Source: Candidatus Multivoradales bacterium (lineage in GTDB: Bacteria > Acidobacteriota > Thermoanaerobaculia > Multivoradales > JAHEKO01). Taken from it: 64,000 bases of DNA. Location of the stretch: contig CBDFIJ010000004.1 in assembly GCA_965248055.1 (NCBI GenBank), positions 1,664,001 to 1,728,000 on the forward strand, read 5' to 3'. Position 1 is the first letter of the stretch, and the number at the start of each line of letters is the position of its first letter. The translations under genes and the position numbers were made by a program. This document shows, piece after piece, positions 10,443 to 20,283 of the stretch. The notes under the pieces are model-generated. The model was given only the letters and a program-made list of their open reading frames with translations. It had not been told where the DNA came from and ran no database searches.

Positions 10443-12563
10443 CTATTCCTCCGGCAGCCGTTCGGCTCTACGACGCCATTCCTGAGCACCTTGGGTATCG
10501 CCAAGCCTGTCGGCCGTTTGGGCGACAAATGAATAGCCAGCCGGCGTTTTGGATGCCATGGCCATTCGATCCAGCAAAGGGTCGATTTCGTCAAACCTCC
10601 TTTCCGCTGCCAGCACAAAAGCAAGCTTCTCGTACGCTCTTACATTCGCGGGATAATCACTGATTTCTTGTTCGAACGCAACTACAGCTTCACTATTTGT
10701 TCCTAGCCGGGCCAACGCTTCTCCGCGCTCATAGCTAAGCCATGGAATCGTCCCTTCGCCGCGGCCCTGCAATCGAGATCTAAGACTCGCCAAGGTGTTC
10801 AGCGCTTGTTGGTATTCCTGGCGAGTGTTGTGGATCTGCGCCAGAAATAACAGTTGATCCGGTCTTGGAACGCTCTCGGCCTCAACCGCCCGACGACCTT
10901 GACGCAGCGCCTCATCCAAATCGCCGATCACAAGCGCTATGCGAGCCAAGACGTGAGCCGACTCAACCGGCAAAACCTCGCTGCTGAGTTCTGCGTGAGC
11001 TCTCGCTTCATCAGTTTCTCCTTGGTCCAATAGGATGCGCGCTATCTCAATGATCACTCCTGGGATCGGTACCGGCGCTTGTTCCAGCGCCAGGCGGTGC
11101 TGCTCCAGTGCTTCGTCCGCTCGGCCTAGAGTCCTTAGTGCCGACGCCAACTGATAGCGGGCGTCGAGCATCGAAGGGTAACGGTCCACCAACTGGGACA
11201 AGATCGCTACCGCACCCTCGTGGTCGCCCGCCCTGCCGAGCTTGAGAGCGTCATCAATCGCCTTGATACTTCCCACGTGTTCCCTTGGGTCCTGAGTTAG
11301 ATTTTCGGTGGTTGCGAAACCGGTGAGGTAGCCCAATGCAGCCAACTTAGCTTGAGCTTCCTCGGAGACAGCTACCTTCGGTCCATTGTCGACCGTCGAA
11401 AAGCTATCGAGCGTCGTCCTTAGATGAGTGGCGACTGGACGATTGGCCAAAAGCAAGTTGTGCTCCTCCGCTGGATCGCCGACATAATCAAACAACTCGG
11501 GATTGGGCTCTGACACGTAGTGGTACTGACCATCGACTAACCCTCTCAACTCCGCCCAGCCAAAATGAAGTCGCGGATAGAGCGTTTCGATATACAAAGG
11601 ACGCCCCGCAGGCTCAAGGTCGGAGAGCGAAATACCGTCCATAGGTTCCTCGCTCCGCACCCCCGCAATGCTCAAGATAGTCGGCGCAACGTCTACGATC
11701 TGAACCGGAGTATCGACGCTACCACCGCGGTCTCTATTGTCTGGAAATTTGATAACCAGGGGGATTTGCACTGTCTGGCGATAGAGCAGAATACCGTGCT
11801 CGCGCTCTCCATGCTCTCCAAGACCTTCGCCATGGTCGGCGACCAGAATGACAAGAGAAGGGTCATACAATGAGCGGTCCCGCAACCCGTCCAAAAACTC
11901 ACCTAAGATCCCATCGGTTTCGACGATCTCACCGTCGTAGGTATCGCCCCATCGCGCAGCAATCTCAGCTGAAGGTGCGTACGGAGCGTGGGGTTCGAAT
12001 AGATGGATAAAGGCGAAAAATGGTCCGTTTTGTTGATCGATCCAGGTCAGGGCGGCGTTGGTAGTCTCACTTCCTGGACGTTGAATCTCGGCCATGGTTC
12101 TGTTCTCGACCGCCTCAAACCGATCGTCATAGTGATCGAAGGTCGCTCCCAAGCCAGCTGCCGTCCTGAGGACAAAACTGGAGACGAAACCGCCGGTGGC
12201 GTAACCCACCGCACCGAGGACACCGCCCAACGAAGCCACAGAGGTTGCTTCAAATCGATAGCCAACGTTGTCGCGCACCCGATGCCGTGTGGGCAGCAAC
12301 CCGGTTAGCAAGGAACTGTGGGCGGGTAGGGTCAGTGGGGACACCGTGAAAGCGCGGTGGAACAGAACTCCATCCTTGCGGAATCTGTCAATCGCAGGGG
12401 TCTCAATCTGATGATACCCGTAGACCGGCAGATGGTCGGAACGCAGAGTGTCGACTGAGATCAAGATGATTGAAGGGCTCTCGCTGGGAAGATCGGACGA
12501 ACAAGCCAGCAACAGCGTAGCGCCAAACGTTAGAAAAACGTGATTGATTGAGTGCGAACGCAT
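10443..12563 (-). CDS. Sulfatase-like (alkaline phosphatase superfamily) hydrolase with C-terminal TPRs, lipoprotein
   Basis: LLLAC lipobox; ISVDTLRSDH, TLPAHSSLLTG, FEPHAPY and ADHGE motifs; TPR tail. Confidence 0.85.
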   Translation of the reverse strand: MRSHSINHVFLTFGATLLLACSSDLPSESPSIILISVDTLRSDHLPVYGYHQIETPAIDRFRKDGVLFHRAFTVSPLTLPAHSSLLTGLLPTRHRVRDNVGYRFEATSVASLGGVLGAVGYATGGFVSSFVLRTAAGLGATFDHYDDRFEAVENRTMAEIQRPGSETTNAALTWIDQQNGPFFAFIHLFEPHAPYAPSAEIAARWGDTYDGEIVETDGILGEFLDGLRDRSLYDPSLVILVADHGEGLGEHGEREHGILLYRQTVQIPLVIKFPDNRDRGGSVDTPVQIVDVAPTILSIAGVRSEEPMDGISLSDLEPAGRPLYIETLYPRLHFGWAELRGLVDGQYHYVSEPNPELFDYVGDPAEEHNLLLANRPVATHLRTTLDSFSTVDNGPKVAVSEEAQAKLAALGYLTGFATTENLTQDPREHVGSIKAIDDALKLGRAGDHEGAVAILSQLVDRYPSMLDARYQLASALRTLGRADEALEQHRLALEQAPVPIPGVIIEIARILLDQGETDEARAHAELSSEVLPVESAHVLARIALVIGDLDEALRQGRRAVEAESVPRPDQLLFLAQIHNTRQEYQQALNTLASLRSRLQGRGEGTIPWLSYERGEALARLGTNSEAVVAFEQEISDYPANVRAYEKLAFVLAAERRFDEIDPLLDRMAMASKTPAGYSFVAQTADRLGDTQGAQEWRRRAERLPEE

Positions 12564-12591
12564 TGCTCGAATCGTAACTGCAACAAGGGGT

Positions 12592-12622
12592 CAAAGAAAA
12601 GGGGCGGCCAAAGCCGCCCCTT
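12592..12622 (-). terminator. Rho-independent terminator after the TonB-dependent receptor
   Basis: AAGGGGCGGC-N4-GCCGCCCCTT hairpin running into a T-rich tract on the minus strand. Confidence 0.85.
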
Positions 12623-12646
12623 GGAAAAGCCTACGTGCTGCCTAGC

Positions 12647-15532
12647 TTAGAAGCGGAAACCAACCGCGAAGCGGTACTCACGAGGAGTTACGTAATCCGC
12701 GTTGTTGCGCGCGTTACCGAACGAAGCAGCTTGCGTGAAGGTTGTCGGACGACCCAATGAATCGAGCGGACCCGCTCTATTCGCTGAAATCGTGGTATCC
12801 CAGAAGATCTGCTTATCTTCATTAAGGATATTGAAGACCTCGGCCTTGACATAAAAATCTAAAGCTTTGACGGTCGGAATGCTGTAATTGAGCGCCAAAT
12901 CGAATGTCGTCCAACTGGCGAAATCACCAGCTCCTCGGTCGCCGAAAAACAGCGTAGGCGTGGCTGGGGGATTGGCGTATCCCGCAGCACTAATTAATCC
13001 TCGCTGTATCGAGGTCAATGGAAACCTGGTGCTGAAGTCGAATACACCGCCCGACTCATAATTGCCAAGCAGACTGGTTGACAAGCTACCGCCACGACCA
13101 AAGTTGAAGTTGTAGCGAGCCCACAGTCGAATCTTGTCCTCAGTGAACTCGTCGAGGCGCCCCAACGGCGCATTGCGGCGGTCCAAAGCCTCCGGAAAAT
13201 CGCCAAAAGTCGAAGCGCCGAAACTTTGACCGGTTTCGCCTTCATAGTCACCATCATTCTTGAACTGATGCGTCCAATGACCTTCGATCGAAAGCTTTTC
13301 GGTGATGTTGTATCGACCCTGCAGGATTCCTGCTTGATATTCCCGGGTTGGTGAATCAGTGTTGTCATACACAACGTTGTTTAGCGTGATCGGTCGAATC
13401 CCGAGGTCAGGGCGGTTGACGGTGGTACTACCGTTCACCGCCAGAAACAGATCTTCGACAAAGTTGTCGGTCGAGCGATCGACAAAAGTGGCTTCAAAAT
13501 AGCCTCCTTTAGGCAGCTCAATACCTCCCTGCAGAGTGAACTCTTGCACTGTCGGTGAACTCACGTTTTCGTTAAAGAACACATTCGCAGTAGGAAAAGC
13601 GCCCGCAAAAAAGCCCCAGGCGTTGGGATCGAAGCCACCGTTAGGGTCGCCCGGTGTTCCGTAGTAGTAGCCATAGACGTAACTAGGGGTACCGACATTG
13701 GTCACAGCGGCGTAGTTGTTGCCACCAAAGCCGTAGCCACCGGCATACTCACCGTAGGTTCCGGTTACGCGGTACCTGCCATCGCCCTTGACATCATAGG
13801 TCGCCGCTAGCCTTGGCACGATCGCGTCCGTGGATACCGGCTCTGCACCGGCGTTGGTGCCGCTACTGATATCCTCATAACGAAGACCTAGGTTAAATGA
13901 CCAGTGATCATCCAGCTGCCAACGATCATTGACATAAAAGGATTGGGTCTGCAACTGCAGTTCTGCCCCGCGAACGGCTTCGAAGAAGACTCCTAGGCTG
14001 CTCGGCTGCGGGTTGGGGATCAGATCGCCATCCGCGCCTATCACCACGTTACCGCTAGCATCCAGCAACGGATCAATGAATAACACCCAATCGGTAGCCG
14101 TCTGCGAGTTACCACCGACATTGATGTTGGTAAATTCTTCTACACCGAACCGCAAGTCATGGGTGCCGTGATTGGTGTCGCCAAAATAAGAGACGCTTGC
14201 CGCAGTCTGTTCATTGTCTCGATCCTCCGGGTCGGTGGCGTCAAAGTAAACCGCGTTGTAAGAGCAGCCCGCCTGATTCCAGCAGCGAATCGGCGAATCG
14301 CTGATGTCGGTGCCGACCGATGATTGGGGAATATGGCGGAAACCAAATTGCTTCTCCGAATATTGGGCATCGGCAAACACAGACGGGGTCCAGACACCGT
14401 TGTAGTTGAACTTAGTCAACTCCTGAGGAAATTCAATGCTCTCGATGGTTTGCAGCGTCGATCCAGAACCCAAAGACGGACGTACCACGGCGCGATCGCG
14501 TTCCATGAATCCGGCGCTTAGGTTGTGTTTCTCTGCTACGGTCGCGGTCAGTTTACCTTCCAAACGCTCATCATCATCTGGTTGTGAAAACGGAATTCCA
14601 GTGCGCGCCAAGAGGATTTGGGTAGTTCGTGAAGTGTCACGACCGGCGGCGAAAAACCATAATTGGTCTTCGATGATCTTGCCGCCCAACGTGCCAGAGT
14701 AAATATCACTGCGATCATTGGCCCGCTCAACTCCGTTGGTATCCTCTAGCGGCGTCTCTTCGCGCCACAAGGGATTGGTGGTGTCGAGGCGGAGGCTACC
14801 GGAGAATTCGTTGCCTCCACTCTTGGTGATCGCGTTGACGACTCCTCCTGAGAAACGGCCGTACTCGGCCGAGATTCCAGAGGTCAGAACTTGAGTCTCC
14901 TCTATCGCATCCTCGATAAACAGGGAAGTAGCAGTAGCGAATATCGGGTCAGTAATGTCTACGCCATCGAGCAGGAATACTGAGTCAAACTGAAATCCGC
15001 CACTGATAGAAACCTGGCCAGCCACCTGAGAGGTACTGCCCTGGGTCAAACCTGGAGATAGGTCGGCGATTGCCGCCATGCTCCGGTTGCCGGTCGGCAG
15101 GGTGTCAACTTCTTCAGCGCTGAGGTTGATCCCTACAGTTGGAGTTTCCAGCGCACTCACCGATTCTCCGGTGACTACGATGAGGTCTTCAAAATTGGCT
15201 GGTAACTGGGCTGAGACTTCTGCGCTCTGGCCTAGCTCCAAGGTCTGAGTCGTTTCGACGGTCGACATTCCGTCCATAGTCACAGTAACCGTGTAGTCAC
15301 CGCGAGGAAGGCCACGAAGAACGTAGGATCCGTTCCCGCTAGTTACTGTCTCCCGGACTCCTTGAAGGGAATCCGAGGCTGCTGTTACCACTGCGCCAGG
15401 AAGCGCTCCGCCATCTTCGTCCGTCACTGTTCCACGAATGGTCCCGGACTGAGTGCCCTGAGCCAACATTGGAGTAACAAGTACGAAAGATGCAACGAGT
15501 AACAGGTTTGCAAAATTTACCTTTCTACTCAA
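12647..15532 (-). CDS. TonB-dependent receptor (Oar-like, N-terminal carboxypeptidase-regulatory-like domain)
   Basis: Signal peptide, GTVTD..G.ALPGA.V, SAEYGRFSGGVVNAITKSGGN, barrel strands and a terminal GFRF. Confidence 0.92.
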   Translation of the reverse strand: MSRKVNFANLLLVASFVLVTPMLAQGTQSGTIRGTVTDEDGGALPGAVVTAASDSLQGVRETVTSGNGSYVLRGLPRGDYTVTVTMDGMSTVETTQTLELGQSAEVSAQLPANFEDLIVVTGESVSALETPTVGINLSAEEVDTLPTGNRSMAAIADLSPGLTQGSTSQVAGQVSISGGFQFDSVFLLDGVDITDPIFATATSLFIEDAIEETQVLTSGISAEYGRFSGGVVNAITKSGGNEFSGSLRLDTTNPLWREETPLEDTNGVERANDRSDIYSGTLGGKIIEDQLWFFAAGRDTSRTTQILLARTGIPFSQPDDDERLEGKLTATVAEKHNLSAGFMERDRAVVRPSLGSGSTLQTIESIEFPQELTKFNYNGVWTPSVFADAQYSEKQFGFRHIPQSSVGTDISDSPIRCWNQAGCSYNAVYFDATDPEDRDNEQTAASVSYFGDTNHGTHDLRFGVEEFTNINVGGNSQTATDWVLFIDPLLDASGNVVIGADGDLIPNPQPSSLGVFFEAVRGAELQLQTQSFYVNDRWQLDDHWSFNLGLRYEDISSGTNAGAEPVSTDAIVPRLAATYDVKGDGRYRVTGTYGEYAGGYGFGGNNYAAVTNVGTPSYVYGYYYGTPGDPNGGFDPNAWGFFAGAFPTANVFFNENVSSPTVQEFTLQGGIELPKGGYFEATFVDRSTDNFVEDLFLAVNGSTTVNRPDLGIRPITLNNVVYDNTDSPTREYQAGILQGRYNITEKLSIEGHWTHQFKNDGDYEGETGQSFGASTFGDFPEALDRRNAPLGRLDEFTEDKIRLWARYNFNFGRGGSLSTSLLGNYESGGVFDFSTRFPLTSIQRGLISAAGYANPPATPTLFFGDRGAGDFASWTTFDLALNYSIPTVKALDFYVKAEVFNILNEDKQIFWDTTISANRAGPLDSLGRPTTFTQAASFGNARNNADYVTPREYRFAVGFRF

Positions 15533-15591
15533 AATCTTTCTCCTTTCGATTCAAGCAACCAATCATCGGCCACTTGGAATACAGAGAAAGG

Positions 15592-15607
15592 AGCAACCGT
15601 TGTACCA
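15592..15607 (-). promoter_or_regulatory. Sigma-54 (-24/-12) promoter of the TonB-dependent receptor
   Basis: The minus strand reads TGGTAC-AACGG-TTGCT, close to the TGGCAC-N5-TTGC consensus, 60 nt upstream of the start. Confidence 0.7.
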
Positions 15608-15644
15608 GTGTGCCAACACAATAAAAATCTCATAAGTTATTTTA

Positions 15645-15657
15645 TATCAGCAGTTTA
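15645..15657. promoter_or_regulatory. Candidate IHF site
   Basis: TATCAGCAGTTTA matches WATCARNNNNTTR, in an AT-rich patch about 40 nt upstream of the sigma-54 box. Confidence 0.5.
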
Positions 15658-15727
15658 TACAAAGAAACGCACGTTAATAGACCAACCTTATGAACTTGAG
15701 AATCAAAATTCCGGACGCCGCCGGCGA

Positions 15728-17272
15728 CTAAGGCACTCGGACCGGTCGCTGGTCTCGGTATCCCTGCAGTCGGGCATTGGCACGCTCAAGCCACAAAGAA
15801 GAAGCATCTTCGCCAACTGTGGAGATCAAACGCTGCTGCCAGGCGACCGCCAGATCGAAACGACCAGCCTCCGCAAACGCCATCGCCATCAACTCAACGT
15901 GTCCAACGGATGGCTCAGCCTTAACCAGCTCGGATGCGATTTGGATTGCACGAACACCATCTCGAACGCTGCGGTCGCGACAAGAAGAAAGTATGTGAAC
16001 CAAACCAGATTGCAGCAGACGGCTTCCCGGGTCTTGCGCTATCCCGGTTTCGATCACCTTAAGACCGCGCTCACACTGTCCTGCCGCAACGTAACGCCCA
16101 GCAATCTCGATCTGAAGATCGGTATTCCTGGGGTCAGAACTCAGGGCTTCGTTATAGATGACCGCTGCGGCACCAGGGTCACCGTGGAGCAAGAGAGCTT
16201 CGGCAATAGCCAATCGAAAATCGTTGCGGGTTGGTTCCAGGTCGACCGCCGTCTTGAGATTCTCAATCGCTGTTGAGTAGCGACCAAGTCGTGTATTGAC
16301 CACGCCTATGTTGAACCAGAGGTCGGCGTTGCTGGGACGAAGCGCCGCAGCTTTTTCAAAAGCGCCTAAGGCTTGATCATATTCGCCGGTGCGAAACAAA
16401 GATGTCGCCAAGCTGTGCCAAATTGTTGAGTCTTCGGGATTCTGTTGAATGGCTTGGCGATAAGCGTCGGTCGACGCGACAAAATCCCCGGCACGCAGGG
16501 CTGCATCTCCCCGGCGCAGGATGCCTCCTATCCCGCGAGCAAGCAGTTGCACCTGATGCATCGCCGCATCACTCAGCACCACATCTACATCACCAATCAA
16601 CGCTTGATGGCGACGGACAGCTTCGTCCTGTTCCAACCTTCCGTAAGCCTGGACAAGCAAGCCGTGAAGCCTGGAGGCTTGTGGCTGCACCTCCAGCGCT
16701 TGCAGTAAGTATTCGACCGCAGCGGAGTAGTTGTCACTGGCGAGCGCACATCGTCCGAGTCCAGCCAGGCTGGTAGCGTCTCGAGGTGATTCCACGATCG
16801 CTTGTAGGTATAAGCCGCGAGCCTCCTCAGCCCGCCCGGCTTGAAAGTGAACCCGAGCCAGTCTGTTGATGGCAGTCGTATGATCCGGGCGATTTTCGAT
16901 GACTTGACGAAACTGATCCGCGGATTGATCGACCAACCCACGCTCCTCCAAGCAGATCGCCAATAGATAACGTGCCGTGTCGTTTTCCGGAGTCAAGGAG
17001 ATTACGTTTTCGTAAGCTACAGTCGCCTGATCATGGAATGAATAAGCTTGAAACAGGCGACCGATCTCAAGAAAAGCCGCGCTTCTATCCTTTTGGTCCC
17101 GCTGTTGGTCCAACGCGTCTCTCGATAGTCGACTGATCTCTTCAGTCAGGTGATCGGTTGCCTCTTCGCCCATCTCGGACAACGGGATCTCTGGCATTGG
17201 CTGTAACTTTGGAGTACAGGCAACCACCAACACCACCAGCATGCAAGCGCACGCCAGCCATTCAGATCTCAT
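15728..17272 (-). CDS. TPR-repeat lipoprotein
   Basis: VVLVVAC lipobox and multiple TPRs; paralogous architecture to 7095-8717. The ORF opens at 17323. Confidence 0.8.
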   Translation of the reverse strand: MRSEWLACACMLVVLVVACTPKLQPMPEIPLSEMGEEATDHLTEEISRLSRDALDQQRDQKDRSAAFLEIGRLFQAYSFHDQATVAYENVISLTPENDTARYLLAICLEERGLVDQSADQFRQVIENRPDHTTAINRLARVHFQAGRAEEARGLYLQAIVESPRDATSLAGLGRCALASDNYSAAVEYLLQALEVQPQASRLHGLLVQAYGRLEQDEAVRRHQALIGDVDVVLSDAAMHQVQLLARGIGGILRRGDAALRAGDFVASTDAYRQAIQQNPEDSTIWHSLATSLFRTGEYDQALGAFEKAAALRPSNADLWFNIGVVNTRLGRYSTAIENLKTAVDLEPTRNDFRLAIAEALLLHGDPGAAAVIYNEALSSDPRNTDLQIEIAGRYVAAGQCERGLKVIETGIAQDPGSRLLQSGLVHILSSCRDRSVRDGVRAIQIASELVKAEPSVGHVELMAMAFAEAGRFDLAVAWQQRLISTVGEDASSLWLERANARLQGYRDQRPVRVP

Positions 17273-17285
17273 TGATTTCAAGCGC

Positions 17286-18986
17286 TTAGCCTTCACTGTT
17301 TCGGGGGACTGTCGCGGCAACACTGCTAGCGGGTTGGGCGAGACGGTGGTATCGATCTATCTCCAGATCGGCCCAGTGCCCTTGGGTTCCATCCGCCCAG
17401 AGAACTTCGATAGAAAGAGGCGCGGTAGCTTCACCCACTCCAATCAGAATCCTACCGTCCTTGGCTGAACCATAGCTTCCGTCTGTGGCTACGGTCGCCA
17501 GCTTCCGTCGACCGTTCTGAACGACCAAAATGGTGCTACCAATAGCAATGCTACCGTCCCGATTCTTCAAGTCAAAGCCAATCCAATGGTGGTGGCGACT
17601 CTGGTTGAGCAAAATATCGGGCCCATCACCAATATTGGTGACCACCAAGTCGGCGCGGCCATCGTTGTCGAGATCCCCCACCGCAAGCCCACGACTCACT
17701 TTGGCACGCTTGAATTCCTGAGATACCAACCCAGCCTCAGTAAATGACTGGCCTCGGTCGCTTAGAAATAACTGGTTTGGCTGCGCTAAAGGAATACGGA
17801 CTCCAGCCTGCAATTGATCCGAAACCACGCTAATTGCTCCGTTGGCCAAAGCGATATCAAGCCAGCCATCCAGATCGACATCAAGAAAACCCGTACCAAA
17901 TGCGGTCAACTGGAGGCTGGGAGTTGCGAGTCCGCTGGTGGACGTCGCGTCTTTGCAGAACCCGCCACCATCCATCTGGTACAAGGTGTTGCTCTCACCT
18001 GTTAGATGGGCCAAAAACACATCATGGTCGCCATCGCTGTCGTAGTCGCCGATCGCTACCCCCATACTAGCTTCCGGGTTGCCCTCTTGATTGACAGCAC
18101 AGCCACCGACCAGGGCTCGGTCGGAAAACGTTCCATCCCGATTGTTGATCCACAACGTGTTGGGTTGGCTATCGTTGGCGATGTACAGGTCAGGCCAGCT
18201 ATCGCCATCGAAGTCTCGAGCAGTAGCTCCCAGGGTGTTGGTGGCAATCCGGCCAATTCCGGACGCCATCGAAACATCCTCGAAGCGACCTCCACCTAGG
18301 TTGTGAAACAGACGATCAGGAACTGAGGTGTAGGCCAACGGGCCGCAGTAATCCGGCCATCCCGCTGGAGCCATACAAGGAATGTGTGCTTCAACTTGAA
18401 AATTTAGAAAATTGCCGACGAACAGGTCAGATAATCCGTCGCGGTCGTAGTCGAAGAATGTGGCCGCAATACCCCAGCGCGGGTCATCAACGCCCGCTCG
18501 CTCTGTAACATCGGCAAAGGTGCCATCTTGGTTGTTTCTAAGAAGTTGGTTCGACCCAAACCGAGTGACGTAAAGATCCGCCCAGCCGTCACCATCAAAA
18601 TCACCCGTGGCGACGCCCATCCCATAGCCACTCGGACTAGGGAGTGCCTCAGAACCCACTGAGGAAAACGCCAGAGTAGTTGGATCGTCCACCAAGTCAT
18701 TACGGAACAAGGCATCTTCCCAGGTTTCGCCACCGGCTTCAAAGCGCCCGCCTTGAACAAAGAACAGGTCCAAGTCCTGATCATTGTCATAGTCCAGCAG
18801 CGCGACGCCACCGCCCATTATTTCGGGGACGTAGTAGGAACCCGTAGCTCCGTCCTGGTGGTGGAAATCAACGCCCAGCGCCTCGGTGGCGTTTCGAAAC
18901 CGTTCGCCACTCCCAGAGCCTCCCCCAGAACAGCCCCATCCCAAGAACAGCAGCAAGACCAACGACTGGCGAGTAGTTAACGCCAC
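17286..18986 (-). CDS. CRTAC1-family protein (FG-GAP repeats + ASPIC/UnbV), lipoprotein
   Basis: DxDxDG repeats, LGWGC lipobox, C-terminal GSYGS..D.RI.IG..V.W.DG; paralog of 8707-10407. Confidence 0.9.
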   Translation of the reverse strand: MALTTRQSLVLLLFLGWGCSGGGSGSGERFRNATEALGVDFHHQDGATGSYYVPEIMGGGVALLDYDNDQDLDLFFVQGGRFEAGGETWEDALFRNDLVDDPTTLAFSSVGSEALPSPSGYGMGVATGDFDGDGWADLYVTRFGSNQLLRNNQDGTFADVTERAGVDDPRWGIAATFFDYDRDGLSDLFVGNFLNFQVEAHIPCMAPAGWPDYCGPLAYTSVPDRLFHNLGGGRFEDVSMASGIGRIATNTLGATARDFDGDSWPDLYIANDSQPNTLWINNRDGTFSDRALVGGCAVNQEGNPEASMGVAIGDYDSDGDHDVFLAHLTGESNTLYQMDGGGFCKDATSTSGLATPSLQLTAFGTGFLDVDLDGWLDIALANGAISVVSDQLQAGVRIPLAQPNQLFLSDRGQSFTEAGLVSQEFKRAKVSRGLAVGDLDNDGRADLVVTNIGDGPDILLNQSRHHHWIGFDLKNRDGSIAIGSTILVVQNGRRKLATVATDGSYGSAKDGRILIGVGEATAPLSIEVLWADGTQGHWADLEIDRYHRLAQPASSVAATVPRNSEG

Positions 18987-18995
18987 GAGTAGTAG

Positions 18996-20228
18996 TTATA
19001 GGTAGTCCAAGATCTCTTTTGCCTGCGTTGCCTGCGCCGAACTGGGGGCCGCATCGATAACCTCCAGAAACAGCTCCTTGGCCACTTCTATCTGGTTGTT
19101 GTTTAGCGCCAGAGACGCGCGAGCAAAGAGAGCCTTAGGGTTGGTCGGGTTGAGCTTGATCGCCTCAGTCGAAAGGTGGTCCGCAATGTCCAAACGACCG
19201 CGGTTGAGGTACTCATTGGCTTGTTCACCCAAGATGTCTGACGCCCGCAACGGATCCGCTTCCTTCATCACCGCTAGATAGCTTTCCGCTGCATCGTGGT
19301 CCCCGGTTCGTTGGTTGATGTCGAACAGGACAATCAAGGCACCCGGATCTTGAGGGTCGAGCGCCAGCGCAGCCTGAGCCAGTTCCTCAGCGGATTCAAA
19401 TTCTTCATCGGCAGCATACAGACGAGCCAGAGTGGACATCGCTTCCAAGAAATCCGGCTGTAGTTCCAATGCTTTGCCGATTAGGGACGTACTCAGATCT
19501 TGTTGACCTGAAGCTAACGCAACCGCCCCGGCGTTGAACAAACGCTTGGGGGTATCAGCGTCTCCGGTGGCCACCACTTGGTCGACAATCGCCAGAACAC
19601 CCTCGGAGTTTTTGGCTGACACCAAGGAATCAAACAAGATGTTCAGCGCGTCGACGTTTTCCGACTCTCGATCCAACCATTGCTGGGCCACTTCACTCGC
19701 CTCAATATATTTTTCTGCTTGATATAGAACCTGCGCCAGAGTCTCGTATGCCGCTACCATTTCCGAGTCAACGAAAATCGCCTCGCGAAAACTGACAATT
19801 GCCGCCTCAAGATCTCCATCATTAAATGCCGCCGCACCAATATTGAAGATCTCGATCGCTTTCTCGTCGCCAACCAATTCAACCTCTACCCACTCCACCA
19901 ACTCCCAGGTCAGTCGTATGGCTTCTCCTACTTTGACGTCGATGACGTCCGAAGACGGGATGTATCCATCTTTGGAAATCTCCACCTTGTAGTCCCAGGT
20001 GGCATCGGTGAAGGTCGCGGTAAACCTTCCCTTCTTGTTGGTGGTGTAAGTCTCGTCAAACGGACTGCCGACCCCGGTGATTACCACCGTGGCGTCTGCA
20101 ACTGGCACTCCCGAATCGTCCAGCACCGTGCCGCTGATTCGACCTTGCGGTCCAGCAATCAGTGATGACGAAAACACAAGCAAACAAAGAGCAATAAATG
20201 GTGAAACTGATCGATTAAACATTCTCAT
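18996..20228 (-). CDS. Secreted carboxypeptidase-regulatory-like domain + TPR protein
   Basis: Signal peptide, GRISGTVLDDSGVPVADATV..T...G.F..Y.V.ISKDGY, then TPRs. Confidence 0.8.
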   Translation of the reverse strand: MRMFNRSVSPFIALCLLVFSSSLIAGPQGRISGTVLDDSGVPVADATVVITGVGSPFDETYTTNKKGRFTATFTDATWDYKVEISKDGYIPSSDVIDVKVGEAIRLTWELVEWVEVELVGDEKAIEIFNIGAAAFNDGDLEAAIVSFREAIFVDSEMVAAYETLAQVLYQAEKYIEASEVAQQWLDRESENVDALNILFDSLVSAKNSEGVLAIVDQVVATGDADTPKRLFNAGAVALASGQQDLSTSLIGKALELQPDFLEAMSTLARLYAADEEFESAEELAQAALALDPQDPGALIVLFDINQRTGDHDAAESYLAVMKEADPLRASDILGEQANEYLNRGRLDIADHLSTEAIKLNPTNPKALFARASLALNNNQIEVAKELFLEVIDAAPSSAQATQAKEILDYL

Positions 20229-20283
20229 AACAGATGAATTCTACCATCTGAAGCTGGGCAAAGGGCCAGCGGGACATGACCCT

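Noticed and set aside
15608-16276. 222-aa plus-strand ORF and the many similar overlapping ORFs (e.g. 39348-40118, 57864-58721)
   Set aside because: They are antisense shadows of well-supported genes and have no recognisable motifs.
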